In this document: piece after piece, positions 63,016 to 64,000 of the stretch
Position numbering within the stretch: position 1 is the stretch's first letter
Layout: each line of letters begins with the position of its first letter
NCBI GenBank assembly: GCA_964632315.1
Contig: CAZWEM010000003.1
Coordinates: 73,823-137,822 of the forward strand
DNA: 64,000 bases
Reading direction: 5' to 3'
DNA from: an uncultured archaeon
GTDB taxonomy: Archaea > Asgardarchaeota > Lokiarchaeia > Sigyniarchaeales > SOKP01
Notes under the pieces: generated by a model
Databases searched by the model: none
What the model was told of the DNA's origin: nothing
The model's input: the letters and a program-made list of their open reading frames with translations, nothing else
Position numbers and translations under genes: made by a program

Positions 63016-63954
63016 ATGACAAGTAATTATAGAGATCGCTTGCGAGGGACAAGGCCCGAAGCAGAGGATATAAATAGCTGTAGTACACCTGAACAATGCT
63101 GCGATAATCCTTGTATCGAGTCAAGAGATGGCGACAATGTATGCATGAACTGTGGAATGATCGTTTCCAGAAACCTTGTTGGTAATGAGCGCCGCGCGTA
63201 TACCGTAGAAGAGGTGAACAAGCGCCGCAGGACAGAACCGCGCTGGAGGGAATTTGGGCCACGTACCATGCTTCCAAACACCAAAATTGACTCAAAAGGA
63301 AGGTTAATCAACGCAAAAGGGAAGACATTGTTCTCAAGATTATCAAAGATACAGAATTCATTGATTTCGAGTATTGAGCGAAATTTCTGGGAAGCAAAGC
63401 CTAAATTGAAGATGCTCACTTCAAAAATGAACATCCCGGAGTACATAAAGGAGACTGCGTGGAAAATCTATAGTGTTGTAGCAAAAAAGAAATTAACAAT
63501 GGGTCGATCAATTGACGGGTTCATTGCTGCTTCTTTATATGCTGCGATTCGAGTACATGAATTTCCACGATTGTTAGAAGAAGTTTGCGATGCCTCCATG
63601 ACTCCCAGAAGAACAGTTCACCGTTCTTTAGGCATGATTGTCAAAGAAGTTTTGCCTGAACTTGGACTTAGATACCGTCCGATAACTGCTGAACAACTTG
63701 TATTTCGATTTGGTAATGATTTAGGCCTACCAATGGAAGTACAAAAGAAAGCCATCAACATGTTAGCCGAAGCGTCTAAAAATGGATTACTCCGTACTGG
63801 AAAAGATCCAAAAGGGTTAGCAGCAAGTGTAATTTACATGGCTGCGAAAGCAAGCAACTGTCGAAAGACACAAGCAGAAGTGTCCGATGTTGCCAAGGTC
63901 ACAGAGGTTACTCTTCGAAGCCGTTCCAAGCAAATTAAGAGTAAATTAGCGTAA
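63016..63954 (+). CDS. tfb: Transcription initiation factor IIB
   Basis: Zn ribbon CCDNP...CMNCG, ERRAY, two cyclin repeats, GKDPKGLAA and VTEVTLRSR. Confidence 0.96.
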   Translation: MTSNYRDRLRGTRPEAEDINSCSTPEQCCDNPCIESRDGDNVCMNCGMIVSRNLVGNERRAYTVEEVNKRRRTEPRWREFGPRTMLPNTKIDSKGRLINAKGKTLFSRLSKIQNSLISSIERNFWEAKPKLKMLTSKMNIPEYIKETAWKIYSVVAKKKLTMGRSIDGFIAASLYAAIRVHEFPRLLEEVCDASMTPRRTVHRSLGMIVKEVLPELGLRYRPITAEQLVFRFGNDLGLPMEVQKKAINMLAEASKNGLLRTGKDPKGLAASVIYMAAKASNCRKTQAEVSDVAKVTEVTLRSRSKQIKSKLA

Positions 63955-64000
63955 GATTGTTAATTTATTCAATGATCAATTTAGATTTAGTTTGATTTTT

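Noticed and set aside
272-63446. Numerous short antisense or overlapping ORFs in the track (e.g. 1494-1790, 13669-14061, 50210-50668, 63027-63446)
   Set aside because: They are shadows of well-supported genes on the other strand or frame, with no motifs of their own.
1-64000. CRISPR arrays, tRNA/rRNA genes, transposases or integrases
   Set aside because: No regularly spaced short repeats, cloverleafs, long GC-rich RNA genes or recombinase motifs were seen by eye.

Overview
AT-rich (roughly 30% GC by eye) archaeal chromosomal segment, very likely from an Asgard archaeon of the Lokiarchaeia/Promethearchaeia type. Support: TFB, proteasome beta subunit, NOG1, methanofuran genes, gelsolin, longin-like, RING and PCI-like proteins, Loki-CTERM-like anchors and eukaryote-like SECIS elements. 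About 55 CDS; no rRNA, tRNA, CRISPR array or transposase seen. Main discovery: an unannotated histone gene (27057->26780, minus strand) missed by the ORF track because it is split by two tiny insertions (29 nt and 30 nt). Each folds by hand into a bulge-helix-bulge (BHB)-like structure whose predicted cut sites restore the reading frame, giving a complete 72-aa histone. These are candidate EndA-spliced mRNA introns in an Asgard histone gene. Second highlight: two nearby selD paralogues, each with an in-frame UGA (Sec) in a U-x-C-K motif and a structurally conserved 3'-UTR SECIS carrying an extra hairpin. Also present: a non-catalytic proteasome beta subunit next to a RING protein, a GTPase-YqgF/RuvC-like fusion, a 134-bp duplicated promoter region flanking a surface-protein gene, and two large repetitive surface proteins. 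All RNA folds were done by eye and no database searches were run.
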